Positions 29,646-39,550 of a stretch of DNA of 64,000 nt are shown in pieces; positions within the stretch are counted from its first letter, which is position 1, and each line of letters begins with the position of its first letter. The notes under the pieces were generated by a model. It was not told the origin of the DNA. It saw only the letters and a list, made by a program, of their open reading frames with translations, and searched no databases. The stretch is from Microgenomates group bacterium (GTDB lineage: Bacteria > Patescibacteriota > Microgenomatia > Daviesbacterales > UBA10151). The stretch covers positions 576,589 through 640,588 of the forward strand of contig JBAZXP010000001.1 in NCBI GenBank assembly GCA_041659805.1, written 5' to 3'. A program made the position numbers and the translations under genes.

Positions 29646-30842
29646 ATGAAAATTTTAATGTTAACACCATATTTACCATATCCTCCTTCATCGGGCGGTC
29701 AAATTAGATCCTACAATCTAATTAAACAGCTTTCAAAAAAACACGAGATTACCTTATATTCTTTAATAAAATATGAAAATGAAAAAAAGTATGTTACAGA
29801 ACTTGAAAAATACTGTAAGTCGGTAAAAATTTTCAGAAGGCCTCAAAAACCATGGACTCCCACTAATATTTTTAAGACAGCAATGAGCACCTATCCTTTT
29901 TTAGTGATTAGAAATTATTCTTCAGAAGAAAAGAATGATATAACTAAAACATTAAAAAAAGAACATTTTGATTTGATACACGCAGAAACTTTTTATGTAA
30001 GTCCACACATTCCCACGACAGATATACCAATGGTATTGGTAGACCAGACAATTGAATTCCAGGTATACCAACACTATGTGCAAACCTTTAAGTGGTTTTT
30101 CTTAAAACCGATGCTTCTAATTGATGTTTTAAAAATTAAATATTGGGAAACATATTTTTGGAAAAAAGCGAAAAAAGTTGTGGCTGTTTCTGTGTCTGAC
30201 GCCAAAAAAATGAGACAACTCGTTCCGGGTCTAAATGTTTCCGTTGTGCCCAACGGGGTTGGTGAAGATTTAATGGAGGAAATTCCAATTCATTTTTCTC
30301 AAAAAATATTATTTATGGGAAATTATGCCTGGTTACAAAATATAGAAGCTGCCAGGATTTTAGCGAAAGAAGTCTTCCCTTTAATTAAAAAACAGGTGCC
30401 TGAAGCTCAGTTAATTATTGCTGGCCAATATACTGAAAAGATTGCTGAACTTGAATCAACTGATGTCAAATTAATAAATTTAGGACTTGATGATATTGAA
30501 GGGGTTAAAAGAGCTTATCAGGAATGTGGGATACTAGTTGCTCCTTTATACGGACCGGGAGGAACAAGATTAAAAATATTGGGAGCGATGGCTGCTAAAC
30601 TACCTGTTGTAACAACAAACGTTGGGATTGAGGGTATTGAGGCTGTTAATGGCAGACATGCTTTATATGGAGATAGTCCAGAGTCACTAGCTGAGTTAGC
30701 GGTAAAACTTCTGGTAGATAAGAAGCTTTACATAAATGTTGCAAATAATGCCAGAAGATTGGTTGAAGAAAAGTATACTTACACTGCCGTTGCAGACCAA
30801 TTGGAAAGTATTTATCAGGAGGTAAAAAATAATGCAGGATAA
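29646..30842 (+). CDS. GT4 (family 1) glycosyltransferase
   Basis: N-terminal MKILMLTPYLPYPPSSGGQIRSYNLIKQL (GT4 N-domain) and a C-terminal Rossmann domain. Confidence 0.8.
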   Translation: MKILMLTPYLPYPPSSGGQIRSYNLIKQLSKKHEITLYSLIKYENEKKYVTELEKYCKSVKIFRRPQKPWTPTNIFKTAMSTYPFLVIRNYSSEEKNDITKTLKKEHFDLIHAETFYVSPHIPTTDIPMVLVDQTIEFQVYQHYVQTFKWFFLKPMLLIDVLKIKYWETYFWKKAKKVVAVSVSDAKKMRQLVPGLNVSVVPNGVGEDLMEEIPIHFSQKILFMGNYAWLQNIEAARILAKEVFPLIKKQVPEAQLIIAGQYTEKIAELESTDVKLINLGLDDIEGVKRAYQECGILVAPLYGPGGTRLKILGAMAAKLPVVTTNVGIEGIEAVNGRHALYGDSPESLAELAVKLLVDKKLYINVANNARRLVEEKYTYTAVADQLESIYQEVKNNAG

Positions 30843-31707
30843 ATTATCTATTGTTATTGTAAATTATAATTCAGGCGATTTTTTGAGTGATTGTTTGGAA
30901 TCTATTTATAAAAGCGACAAAATAATAGATTTTGATATTTGGGTAGTCGATAGTGCTTCGTCCGATAAAAGTATAGATAACGCTAAAAAAAGGTTTCCTA
31001 AAATTAATTATCTTTTGAACAAAGACAATGTAGGTTTTACCAAGTCTAACAACCAAGCATTAAGGAAAGTTAAAAATGAATTTATTTTAATTCTTAATCC
31101 GGACACCAAAGTTTTACCCGATACTTTGAGTCACATGATTAAATTTATAAAAAGTAATCCTGAAGTCGGTGCTGCTACATGCCGGGTGGAACTTGCAAAT
31201 GGAAAAATAGACTGGGGATCACACAGAGGATTTCCGACACCAACGGCGTCTTTCTTCTATTATTTTTTGCATGATGATACCTATTACCATCTAAGTAATT
31301 TGGATATGACAAAAGATCACGAAGTGGATGCAATAACAGGAGCATTCTTTTTAACCAGAAAATCAGTTCTAGATAAAGTAGGATTATTTGATGAAGATTA
31401 TTTTATGTATGGGGAAGATCTAGATCTTTGTTTCAGAATTAAAAAGGCTGGGTATAAAATAATGTTTACACCAGAGGTTAAAATAATTCATTATAAGGGA
31501 GTTTCCTCTGGGATAAAACAACATAGTCAAGAAATTACGCAAGCTAGTAAAGAGTCTAAGATAAGAGCTTTTAATTCTTTTTATGAAACAATGAAAATTT
31601 TTTACCGAAAGAATCTTGCAAAAGACTATCCATTTTTTATAAATTGGTTAGTTTATTTAGGGATTAATTTAAAATGGTTTTTGGCTTTAAGGAAATTACA
31701 TGTATGA
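30832..31707 (+). CDS. GT2 glycosyltransferase
   Basis: LSIVIVNYNSGDFL...VVDSASSDKS...LNPDTK and GEDLDLCFR motifs. Confidence 0.8.
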   Translation: MQDKLSIVIVNYNSGDFLSDCLESIYKSDKIIDFDIWVVDSASSDKSIDNAKKRFPKINYLLNKDNVGFTKSNNQALRKVKNEFILILNPDTKVLPDTLSHMIKFIKSNPEVGAATCRVELANGKIDWGSHRGFPTPTASFFYYFLHDDTYYHLSNLDMTKDHEVDAITGAFFLTRKSVLDKVGLFDEDYFMYGEDLDLCFRIKKAGYKIMFTPEVKIIHYKGVSSGIKQHSQEITQASKESKIRAFNSFYETMKIFYRKNLAKDYPFFINWLVYLGINLKWFLALRKLHV

Positions 31708-32822
31708 GGATTGTAATTGATGCTCGTCTTTGGTCTGAGAGTGGGCTAGGAAGGTATATCAGAAACTTAGTATTGGAACTTGCAAAAATTGATTCAGCAA
31801 ATCATTATGATATTCTTCTTTTAAAAAAAGACTTTGACAAAATAGATTATTTTAGAAATAATTTTCATAAAGTTTTGGCTGATTTTAAGTGGTATGGGTT
31901 TGCTGAGCAGATTAAAATGCCAAAGTTATTAAATAGTTTAAAACCTGATTTGGTGCATTTCCCTCATTTCAATGTACCTATTTTATACAAAGGAAAGTTT
32001 GTAGTAACGATTCATGATTTAATTCATCAACATTATAAAACCAGAGAATCTACAACTCATAATAAATTGATGTATAGTATGAAAAATCTCGGATATAAAA
32101 AAATTTTTAGCAATGCTATTAAGAAAGCCGATAGAATTATTACTCCGTCAAAGTCCGTAAAGAACCAATTAATTAATGAATGGAATATAGATCAGGCAAA
32201 AATTGAGATTACTCCTGAGGCAGTAGATACTTCTTTAATAAATATTTCCAAGCAAATTAGGAATAATGATTTCCAAAAAGTAAGTCATAAATGGGGTATA
32301 AAAAAACCATATATTTTTTATGTCGGAAATGCTCAACCGCACAAAAATATAGAACGGTTAATTGAGGTATTTATTCAAATAAAAAATAAGTATTCTGAAT
32401 ATCAATTAATTTTGTCAGGCCCTGACAATTATTTTTGGAATAAAACTATAAAAAGATATAATGTTAAGGATTTAATTTTTACAGGTTTTTTAAGTGAGAG
32501 GGAACTCGTAACTTTGTATAAAAATGCTGATCTCTTTGTGCTCCCATCATTGGAGGAAGGATTCGGGATTCCTGTCTTGGAGGCAATGGCATGCGGTTGT
32601 CCTGTTGTATGTTCTAATACAGGGTCTTTACCAGAGGTTGCCGCGGATGCAGCTGTTTATTTTAACCCCCGGATTCTAAAAGATATGGAAGAAAAAATTT
32701 CTTCAGTTTTGGAAAACCGGAAATTTAGAAAAGAATTAATCGAAAAAGGTGAATTGAGATTTAAAAAATTTAGTTGGAAAAGATTAGCTCATCAAACTCT
32801 GGAAATTTATCTAAAATCTTAA
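31704..32822 (+). CDS. GT4 (family 1) glycosyltransferase
   Basis: EGFGIPVLEAMACGCPVVCSNTGSLPEVAADAAVYFNP. The ATG at 31704 overlaps the upstream stop (ATGA). Confidence 0.8.
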   Translation: MRIVIDARLWSESGLGRYIRNLVLELAKIDSANHYDILLLKKDFDKIDYFRNNFHKVLADFKWYGFAEQIKMPKLLNSLKPDLVHFPHFNVPILYKGKFVVTIHDLIHQHYKTRESTTHNKLMYSMKNLGYKKIFSNAIKKADRIITPSKSVKNQLINEWNIDQAKIEITPEAVDTSLINISKQIRNNDFQKVSHKWGIKKPYIFYVGNAQPHKNIERLIEVFIQIKNKYSEYQLILSGPDNYFWNKTIKRYNVKDLIFTGFLSERELVTLYKNADLFVLPSLEEGFGIPVLEAMACGCPVVCSNTGSLPEVAADAAVYFNPRILKDMEEKISSVLENRKFRKELIEKGELRFKKFSWKRLAHQTLEIYLKS

Positions 32823-33730
32823 ATTTTTTCTGCTGCGCGGAGTTTAGCACTACGGGAACGCGGGTTAACTTCAACTTCTGACTCTGTTGGCTCAATTGGT
32901 TTTTGAGTAATAATTTTGATCGAGTACTTTTCTTCCTCAATTTTAAAGAAATTCTTAACAATTCTGTCTTCCAACGAGTGGAAACTAATTACAACTATCC
33001 TACCGAAGGGTTGTAAAACATCTAGTGCTTGGGGTAATGCATCTTCCAGACTGCGTAACTCGTCATTTACAGCAATACGCAATGCTTGGAATACTTTTGT
33101 TGCCGGATGAATTTTGTTTACACGATTAAATCTTTTTACTGAAAGAATAATTTGTGATAATTTTTCTGTAGTATCAATTTTTTCACGACTTCTGTATTCG
33201 ATAATTTTTTTGGCAATAGGTTTTGCAAATTGCTCATCCCCGTATTTCCAAAATAGTTCTGTAAGCTCTGATAAATACAATCCGTTTACAAGATCAGCTG
33301 CTGTTAAACTTTGGGATCTGTTCATCCTCATATCTAAAGGTGCATTTTTATTAAAAGAGAATCCTCTTGAGGTTGTGTCTAATTGACTTGATGAAAGTCC
33401 CAGATCAAATAGTATACCTGCAGGATCCTGTTTCAGAAATTGCGACGAGATGTCTTTTAATTGAGAAAAATTTGCCTGACAGATAATTAATTTATCAGAA
33501 ACTGCCAGGAAACGGTCATTAACTAAATTAACCGTTAGCTTGTGTTTTTCAGCAACTTCTTTAATTGCCTCAAAATCCAAATCTATCCCCAATACATTTC
33601 CCCCTTCTTCAAGTATTTTATCCGTGTGCCCTCCGCCACCCAGATTGCAATCAATATACCAGGCATTTTTTTTGATTTTTAAATATTGGATTGCCTCGTT
33701 TGCCATGACTGGAATATGATATGTGCCCAT
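32819..33730 (-). CDS. rsmH: 16S rRNA (cytosine1402-N4)-methyltransferase RsmH (MraW)
   Basis: N-terminal HIPVMANEAIQYL...YIDCNLGGGGHT and C-terminal FHSLEDRIVK motifs. 303 aa. Confidence 0.9.
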   Translation of the reverse strand: MGTYHIPVMANEAIQYLKIKKNAWYIDCNLGGGGHTDKILEEGGNVLGIDLDFEAIKEVAEKHKLTVNLVNDRFLAVSDKLIICQANFSQLKDISSQFLKQDPAGILFDLGLSSSQLDTTSRGFSFNKNAPLDMRMNRSQSLTAADLVNGLYLSELTELFWKYGDEQFAKPIAKKIIEYRSREKIDTTEKLSQIILSVKRFNRVNKIHPATKVFQALRIAVNDELRSLEDALPQALDVLQPFGRIVVISFHSLEDRIVKNFFKIEEEKYSIKIITQKPIEPTESEVEVNPRSRSAKLRAAEKI

Positions 33731-33764
33731 GTCTGTATTTTAGCATTCTGATACAATTTAAAAT

Positions 33765-34850
33765 ATGAATAGAAATTTAAAAGTAGCACTTGCACATGAT
33801 GATTTAGTTCAATGGGGTGGAGCAGAAAGGGTTTTGGTAACTTTAAGCCAAATGTTTCCTGAAGCGCCTATCTATACCTCTGTATTTGATAAAGATAATA
33901 GGATGTTAAGGCGTCATTTTGCTGATCGGAAAATAATCACTTCTTTTATTCAAAAAATACCATTTTGGAAACAAATGTACAGAATGATGCTCCCTTTTTA
34001 TTCTATTGCGTTCGAGGCATTTGATTTCAGCGATTATGATTTAGTAATTTCACAGACCACCCGCTTCGCGAAAGGAATTATTACTAAATCGGGAACAACT
34101 CATATTAGCTACGTTCATACACCACCTCGTTTTTTATGGGATTTTTCAGGAGGAAAAATTACCGGGTTTGCCCAGCTCTTTTTTTGCTGTCAGAGAATAT
34201 TAGATCAGATTACCAGCTCGCGTGTAGATATATTTGTAGCCGGTTCTAAAAACGCACAGAAAAGAATAAACAAAATCTATAAAAAGAAAGCAAGCATTAT
34301 ATATCCTTTTGTTGATTTAACCAGATTTTCAAATGTTTCTTCGTTTGATGGTGGCTACTTATTAGTCGTTTCACGGCTAAACAATTACAAAAGAGTAGAT
34401 TTAGTTATTACTGCTGCCAATAAACTGAACATTCCTCTGAAAATTGTCGGAACAGGACCACAGGAGGAAAGATTAAAAAAACTGGCTAACCCGAATGTAA
34501 CATTTCTTGGATCAGTTGATGAGGAATCTTTAGCTTTGCTTCTTTCTGGTTGTAAGGCATTAGTTATAGCTGCAGAAGAGGATTTTGGGTTGATGCCACT
34601 TGAAGCGCAAGCCCTTTCAAAACCAGTAATAGCTTATAAAAAGGGCGGGGTTGCAGAAACTGTGAAGGATGGGGAAACAGGTATATTATTTGATGTTCAA
34701 AGTGCTGAGAGTATAATATCTGCATTGGTTAAATTGGACAAACATGGGTATAATAAAAAAACATGTCTTAACCAAGCTCGGTTTTTTTCAAAGGATAAAT
34801 TTATTCAGGAATTTAATTCTCTTGTAAAATCAGCTATAAATGTAAATTAA
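33765..34850 (+). CDS. GT4 (family 1) glycosyltransferase
   Basis: GT-B fold pattern. The C-terminal EEDFGLMPLEAQALSKPVIAYKKGG motif is related to EX7E. Confidence 0.7.
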   Translation: MNRNLKVALAHDDLVQWGGAERVLVTLSQMFPEAPIYTSVFDKDNRMLRRHFADRKIITSFIQKIPFWKQMYRMMLPFYSIAFEAFDFSDYDLVISQTTRFAKGIITKSGTTHISYVHTPPRFLWDFSGGKITGFAQLFFCCQRILDQITSSRVDIFVAGSKNAQKRINKIYKKKASIIYPFVDLTRFSNVSSFDGGYLLVVSRLNNYKRVDLVITAANKLNIPLKIVGTGPQEERLKKLANPNVTFLGSVDEESLALLLSGCKALVIAAEEDFGLMPLEAQALSKPVIAYKKGGVAETVKDGETGILFDVQSAESIISALVKLDKHGYNKKTCLNQARFFSKDKFIQEFNSLVKSAINVN

Positions 34851-34852
34851 AT

Positions 34853-35530
34853 ATGCTTGAATCTGAAATTAACGAAGAAAACCTAATAGTCCGCGAAGAT
34901 AAAATATTTGATTTCCTTAAAAGACTAATTGATATTTTTGGTGCAGTTGTGGGAATTGTGTTGTTTTCTCCCGTTATGTTGATCACAGCTATTTTAATTA
35001 AACTTGATTCCAGCGGTCCTGTATTTGCAGACACTCCAATGAGAGTTGGAAAAGACGGCAAACATTTTAAAATGTATAAATTCCGTTCAATGGTGGAAAA
35101 TGCCCATCAACTTTTGCAAAAAAATCCTAAACTGCTTAAAGAATACAAGAAGAATAGCTATAAAATTGTAGATGATCCAAGAGTAACCCGCGTAGGACGA
35201 GTTATCAGGAAGGTTTCCATTGATGAGATGCCTCAATTTTTTAATGTTTTGAAAGGGGATATGAGTATTGTGGGCATCAGGCCTTATTACCCTTTTGAAT
35301 TAGAAGAACAGCAACAAAAGTATCCACAAAGTAAAAAATTTGTTAAGATAGTTTTACAGTCAAAACCAGGAATAACCGGAGTTTGGCAGGTATCAGGCAG
35401 GTCTAATATAAATTTTGATAAAAGAGTACAGATGGATGCAGATTATGTGCAAAAAAAATCTATACTCTATGACATTCAACTCATTTTGAGGACTATTCCT
35501 GTAGTTTTACTGGGTCAAGGCGCGATTTAA
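34853..35530 (+). CDS. Polyprenyl-phosphate sugar phosphotransferase (bacterial sugar transferase, WbaP/WcaJ C-terminal-domain type)
   Basis: Single N-terminal TM helix, then VGIRPYYPFELEEQ and PGITGVWQVSGRS motifs characteristic of the Bac_transf family that initiates glycan synthesis on undecaprenyl phosphate. Confidence 0.85.
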   Translation: MLESEINEENLIVREDKIFDFLKRLIDIFGAVVGIVLFSPVMLITAILIKLDSSGPVFADTPMRVGKDGKHFKMYKFRSMVENAHQLLQKNPKLLKEYKKNSYKIVDDPRVTRVGRVIRKVSIDEMPQFFNVLKGDMSIVGIRPYYPFELEEQQQKYPQSKKFVKIVLQSKPGITGVWQVSGRSNINFDKRVQMDADYVQKKSILYDIQLILRTIPVVLLGQGAI

Positions 35531-35538
35531 AACTGTCT

Positions 35539-37446
35539 ATGAACATTACTAATTTAAATAAGAAAATAGATACTTTTAAAAAAACCGACTCATATAAAGT
35601 AAAAAAGAACCGGAAATCCAGAATAATTAAAATTCTTTTTGTAATCGGACTTTTATTCTTATTAGTTTATTTGCCTGCCAGAAATATTTATTCCTCGGCT
35701 AAACAAGCCATGCTTGGGGTAAATCAAATGAATGCCGGCATGAAAGCCGAGAATTTAGATGATATTAAGGTGGGTCTTGCAACTAGCAAGTCTGCAATCG
35801 GCAGTATAAATTTTTCTCTTAATTTTTATTTTTATCTTAGAATAATTCCGTTTGTAGGCGGGTATTACTCTGACGCAAAACATTTTGTAACAGCAGCGGG
35901 CTATGAAATGGATGCTGCCCAAACAATCGTAGATGGATTGGATCCTTACAAAAATGAGCTTGGCTTTACTGGACAATCAACAGCAGGTCAGGATCGTATA
36001 GCCCAAATTGTTAAGATTTTAGACAAAACATTACCTAATATTGATAAATTTGCGCCACATATGAAGAAAGCACGGGATGAAGTAAGTAGCATTGATGTTT
36101 CAAAATATCCTGAACAAATTGGTAATAGGCAATTAAGATCCAGGGTGGACGAAGCTAAGAATTTTATTATTGGTGCTCATGTTGCAGTGACAGATGCCAG
36201 GCCGGCACTGGAAATTGCACCGAGTATGTTGGGAGAACCATCGCCCAAAACCTATCTTATGTTATTTCAAAACGATAAGGAGCTTCGCGCAACCGGAGGA
36301 TTTTTAACTGCCTACGCCTTTTTAAAGCTTGATAGAGGTCATTTAACTACAACCCAGTCTGATGATATCTATAGACTCGATGAAAAATTGCTTAAGGTAT
36401 GCTTGAATAAAATTTGTCCGCTGACTCCTCCTGCACCTATTGTTAAGTATTTGCCTGAAGTTACCGGAAAACCACGTTCTGCCTGGTCAATGAGGGATTC
36501 TAATTTATCTCCAGACTTACCAACTTCTATGAAGGAATTTGAAAAAATGTATTCAATAATTGATTCAACGAATGCTTTCGACGGAATTATTATGATTGAT
36601 ACAAATGTGGTGGAAGAGTTAATTAAAATTACAGGGCCCGTTGAAGTAAATGGTACAAAATACAGTGCGGATAAAGATAATAGATGTAATTGTGCTAATG
36701 TTATTTATGAGCTTGAGCATTATGCAGAGATTGCTTCAAAAGGAGAAGCAGATAGAAAAGAAGTGGTGGGGACTTTGATGCAAACAATACTCGCCAGATT
36801 GCTTGGATCGGGTGCAGATAAGCTACCTACCTTTATTAATGTCGGGGTAAAATTGTTAAACAGTAAAAATATCATGATGTATATGCATGATAACAAGCCT
36901 CAGCAAGCCTTCGCCTCTTTAAATTGGACCGGAGAAATCAAGAGAGATGTTTCAGGTGATTACTTGCATATAAATGATTCCAACTTCGCAGGCGGAAAAT
37001 CAAATCTTTATGTAACAGAAAAGGTGAATTTAGCAGTTAAAGTTGAGGGTGATGGAACAGTGAAAAATAAATTAACAATTGATTATAAAAATCCCCAATC
37101 TTTTAATACATGGTTAAATGGTATCAACCGTAGCTATGTCAGGGTTTACGTTCCTAAAGGTTCAAAGTTGACCTTTTCCAAGGGCTCAGATGATATTGTG
37201 AATGCTGTTAATGATGATAATTTGAATAAAACTTATTTTGAGGGTTTCGTTCAAGTCAGACCGCAAAATTCAAGAACATTAGTTTTAGAATATACTCTGC
37301 CATTTAAAGTTACAGATAAAAAATACCCGCTATTAATTCAAAAACAGCCAGGAACTAAAGATCATCATTATACAATTAAGATAAACGGTGGGGCTAAAGC
37401 TGATTTCGATCTAACTACAGATAATTTGTTAAATCTCTCTTTCTGA
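35539..37446 (+). CDS. Membrane-anchored secreted protein of unknown function (possibly DUF4012-like)
   Basis: 635 aa. N-terminal TM anchor (IIKILFVIGLLFLLVYL), then a large hydrophilic domain. Family assignment is from memory only and unverified. Confidence 0.35.
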   Translation: MNITNLNKKIDTFKKTDSYKVKKNRKSRIIKILFVIGLLFLLVYLPARNIYSSAKQAMLGVNQMNAGMKAENLDDIKVGLATSKSAIGSINFSLNFYFYLRIIPFVGGYYSDAKHFVTAAGYEMDAAQTIVDGLDPYKNELGFTGQSTAGQDRIAQIVKILDKTLPNIDKFAPHMKKARDEVSSIDVSKYPEQIGNRQLRSRVDEAKNFIIGAHVAVTDARPALEIAPSMLGEPSPKTYLMLFQNDKELRATGGFLTAYAFLKLDRGHLTTTQSDDIYRLDEKLLKVCLNKICPLTPPAPIVKYLPEVTGKPRSAWSMRDSNLSPDLPTSMKEFEKMYSIIDSTNAFDGIIMIDTNVVEELIKITGPVEVNGTKYSADKDNRCNCANVIYELEHYAEIASKGEADRKEVVGTLMQTILARLLGSGADKLPTFINVGVKLLNSKNIMMYMHDNKPQQAFASLNWTGEIKRDVSGDYLHINDSNFAGGKSNLYVTEKVNLAVKVEGDGTVKNKLTIDYKNPQSFNTWLNGINRSYVRVYVPKGSKLTFSKGSDDIVNAVNDDNLNKTYFEGFVQVRPQNSRTLVLEYTLPFKVTDKKYPLLIQKQPGTKDHHYTIKINGGAKADFDLTTDNLLNLSF

Positions 37447-37503
37447 TTTTTGGGTAATTGATTTTTTGAATCTATTAGAGTATTTTACTTTTACAGAAAT
37501 CAG

Positions 37504-37971
37504 ATGAAAGAATTAATTATTGAATCTGTTAATACCTCCACCAACCTGGATCAAACATTTACCAATCTTTCCCAGGTTTTAGAAGAAGTTAGGATGAGTA
37601 AATCTCCAAGGATTGGATATGTTGCAGGAATTATAACCTCTGATGGATCTGAACTTATAGAAAAAAATATCGAGATACTAAGGTTATACACAAACCTTAT
37701 TAGGGTCCAAAGCGGAATTCCGACCTTTTGTGCCAGCGATGTTTTTGGGCATGGTTTATATGAGAGGTTGGAAGAAATGAAACTTTCCTATTCTGAAAGG
37801 GAACCGAAATTTGTAAATTTTTGGAGAAAAGTCTTAACCTCCGGACATGTAACAGACATATTTATGACCCCAGGTTGGACCAGGTCTAACGGAGCAAGAG
37901 ATGAACATAGCCTTAGTAAGGAAATAAATTTAAGATTATTTTATATTAATCCCTTAATTAACACTGATTAA
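37504..37971 (+). CDS. Hypothetical protein
   Basis: 155-aa ORF with ATG start, codon usage like its neighbours and no TM segment. No recognisable motif. Confidence 0.35.
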   Translation: MKELIIESVNTSTNLDQTFTNLSQVLEEVRMSKSPRIGYVAGIITSDGSELIEKNIEILRLYTNLIRVQSGIPTFCASDVFGHGLYERLEEMKLSYSEREPKFVNFWRKVLTSGHVTDIFMTPGWTRSNGARDEHSLSKEINLRLFYINPLINTD

Positions 37972-37985
37972 CCCACCTCTGACCA

Positions 37986-38834
37986 TTACAAAATATGATT
38001 TTCGAAGATAAATTTAGCCATTTCATCGCTGATTAAATATATACCTTTGGGTGAAGGATGAATATAATCTAGAGTGTTTATATAGTCCAAATTTAAATCC
38101 CCATCAGAGTTTAGAGATTTTGAAAAAACATTTATAAGGGGGATATTGTGTGCTTTGGCATATTCCATATGGTTTTTGATATAGGCAATCCTCTCAAGGG
38201 CCCATTTTTCCCTTACTTCGGGGGTTAAATCCGCTATTCCTCTGGCATAATGTTTTTTACTTGGAGCTAAGGTTGCAACAAAAACGATTTTGGCATGGGA
38301 ATTGTTTTCTATAATTGTTTTAACAATATTATCTAAAGCCTCGGTTTGTTTTTGTAACCCTTGATCTAGTGGAAATTCTGATAAAGGATTATGTCCGAAT
38401 GATTCAACCAATATTAAATCAAAATCAATATTAATTATCGGACGGAAAACACGACCATTAAAAGTTTCAGATTCCAGTCTTTTTTGGGCAGATAGAATGT
38501 TCGTTGATCCAAATCCGTAATTCAAAACTTCAAAAGTTTTTTTGGGATAATAATTTGCTAAATCGGCAAGTAACTCGTCACTATTACCAAGTCTTTCTGT
38601 CATAGAATCTCCGAGTAAGACGATTGTGAAATCCTGTGGGTATTTGATCCTTCTTTTCCCATCTATAATTACTTCTGTGGGTTTTAAGGAAACAGAAGTT
38701 CCTTTAACGTTTTTGTTTTGCGTGATTTTTGTTAAAAAATTTCTGGCGCCGGTCGACTTAGTTAAAGATATTGTAATAAAAATCCCTGTTGCAAAAAGTA
38801 CTAGAAGAAAAATAAGTAGCTTTGTTTTTTGCAT
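37986..38834 (-). CDS. SGNH/GDSL-family hydrolase (lipase/acylesterase-like), secreted
   Basis: N-terminal signal/anchor, block I IVLLGDSMTERLGN (GDS motif with catalytic Ser), C-terminal DYIHPS (DxxH block V-like). Confidence 0.65.
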   Translation of the reverse strand: MQKTKLLIFLLVLFATGIFITISLTKSTGARNFLTKITQNKNVKGTSVSLKPTEVIIDGKRRIKYPQDFTIVLLGDSMTERLGNSDELLADLANYYPKKTFEVLNYGFGSTNILSAQKRLESETFNGRVFRPIINIDFDLILVESFGHNPLSEFPLDQGLQKQTEALDNIVKTIIENNSHAKIVFVATLAPSKKHYARGIADLTPEVREKWALERIAYIKNHMEYAKAHNIPLINVFSKSLNSDGDLNLDYINTLDYIHPSPKGIYLISDEMAKFIFENHIL

Positions 38835-38905
38835 CCCTTAATATGCTCACAAAGGTAAGTTAAATTCAACCCGCAAAACTTACAATCAAGGTATAATGCT
38901 GTTGC

Positions 38906-39550
38906 ATGGGAGTAATTACAACTGAAGGAATAATTATAAAGCGATCAAATTTTGGGGAAGCTGACCGGATTTTAACAGTGATAACTCCATACAAAGGGAA
39001 GATTAAAATTGTTGCCAAAGGGGTTCGGAAAATAACATCACGCCGTGGTGGGAATGTAGAATTATTAAACAAGGTAAGGCTTCATATTTATCAGGCAACC
39101 GGAATGCCGATACTTACAGAAGCAGAATCAATTGAAACTTTTCCTAAAATTAAAAATGATTTAATAATGTCTTCTTATGGCTCATATATCATTGAATTGG
39201 CAGATAAATTATTACCTGAAGAGCAGGCAAATCCTGCAGCTTATCAGTTACTTGCATCAATCTTAGGCCTTTTGGAAACAAATCCAAGGCAAATATTTAT
39301 CAGGGCATATGAGTTAAAATTACTTTCTGTGATGGGTTTTTGGTCTCTTGATGAAATTTCTGTGACTTCGGAAATTAAAGATCTGTTAGAGACATTACAA
39401 CACGAAACTTGGACAAATATTGAGAAAATGGATATAACTAAAAATCAGGCTATGGAACTGGAGAAAATAGTACGCTATTATATAGAAAAGATTTTGGAGT
39501 CGACGTTGCAATCGGTTAAAATACTCCAAAGATTAAAACAAAATGGATAA
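38906..39550 (+). CDS. recO: DNA repair protein RecO
   Basis: N-terminal OB-fold signature GIIIKRSNFGEADRILTVITPYKGKIKIVAKGVRK. 214 aa. Followed by glyQS, the conserved recO-gly synthetase synteny. Confidence 0.75.
   Translation: MGVITTEGIIIKRSNFGEADRILTVITPYKGKIKIVAKGVRKITSRRGGNVELLNKVRLHIYQATGMPILTEAESIETFPKIKNDLIMSSYGSYIIELADKLLPEEQANPAAYQLLASILGLLETNPRQIFIRAYELKLLSVMGFWSLDEISVTSEIKDLLETLQHETWTNIEKMDITKNQAMELEKIVRYYIEKILESTLQSVKILQRLKQNG

Noticed and set aside
38835-38905. Divergent promoter between the SGNH hydrolase and recO (TATAAT at ~38889).
   Set aside because: The -10 hexamer is present but no acceptable -35 at 16-18 bp spacing was found. This is too weak to list as a feature.
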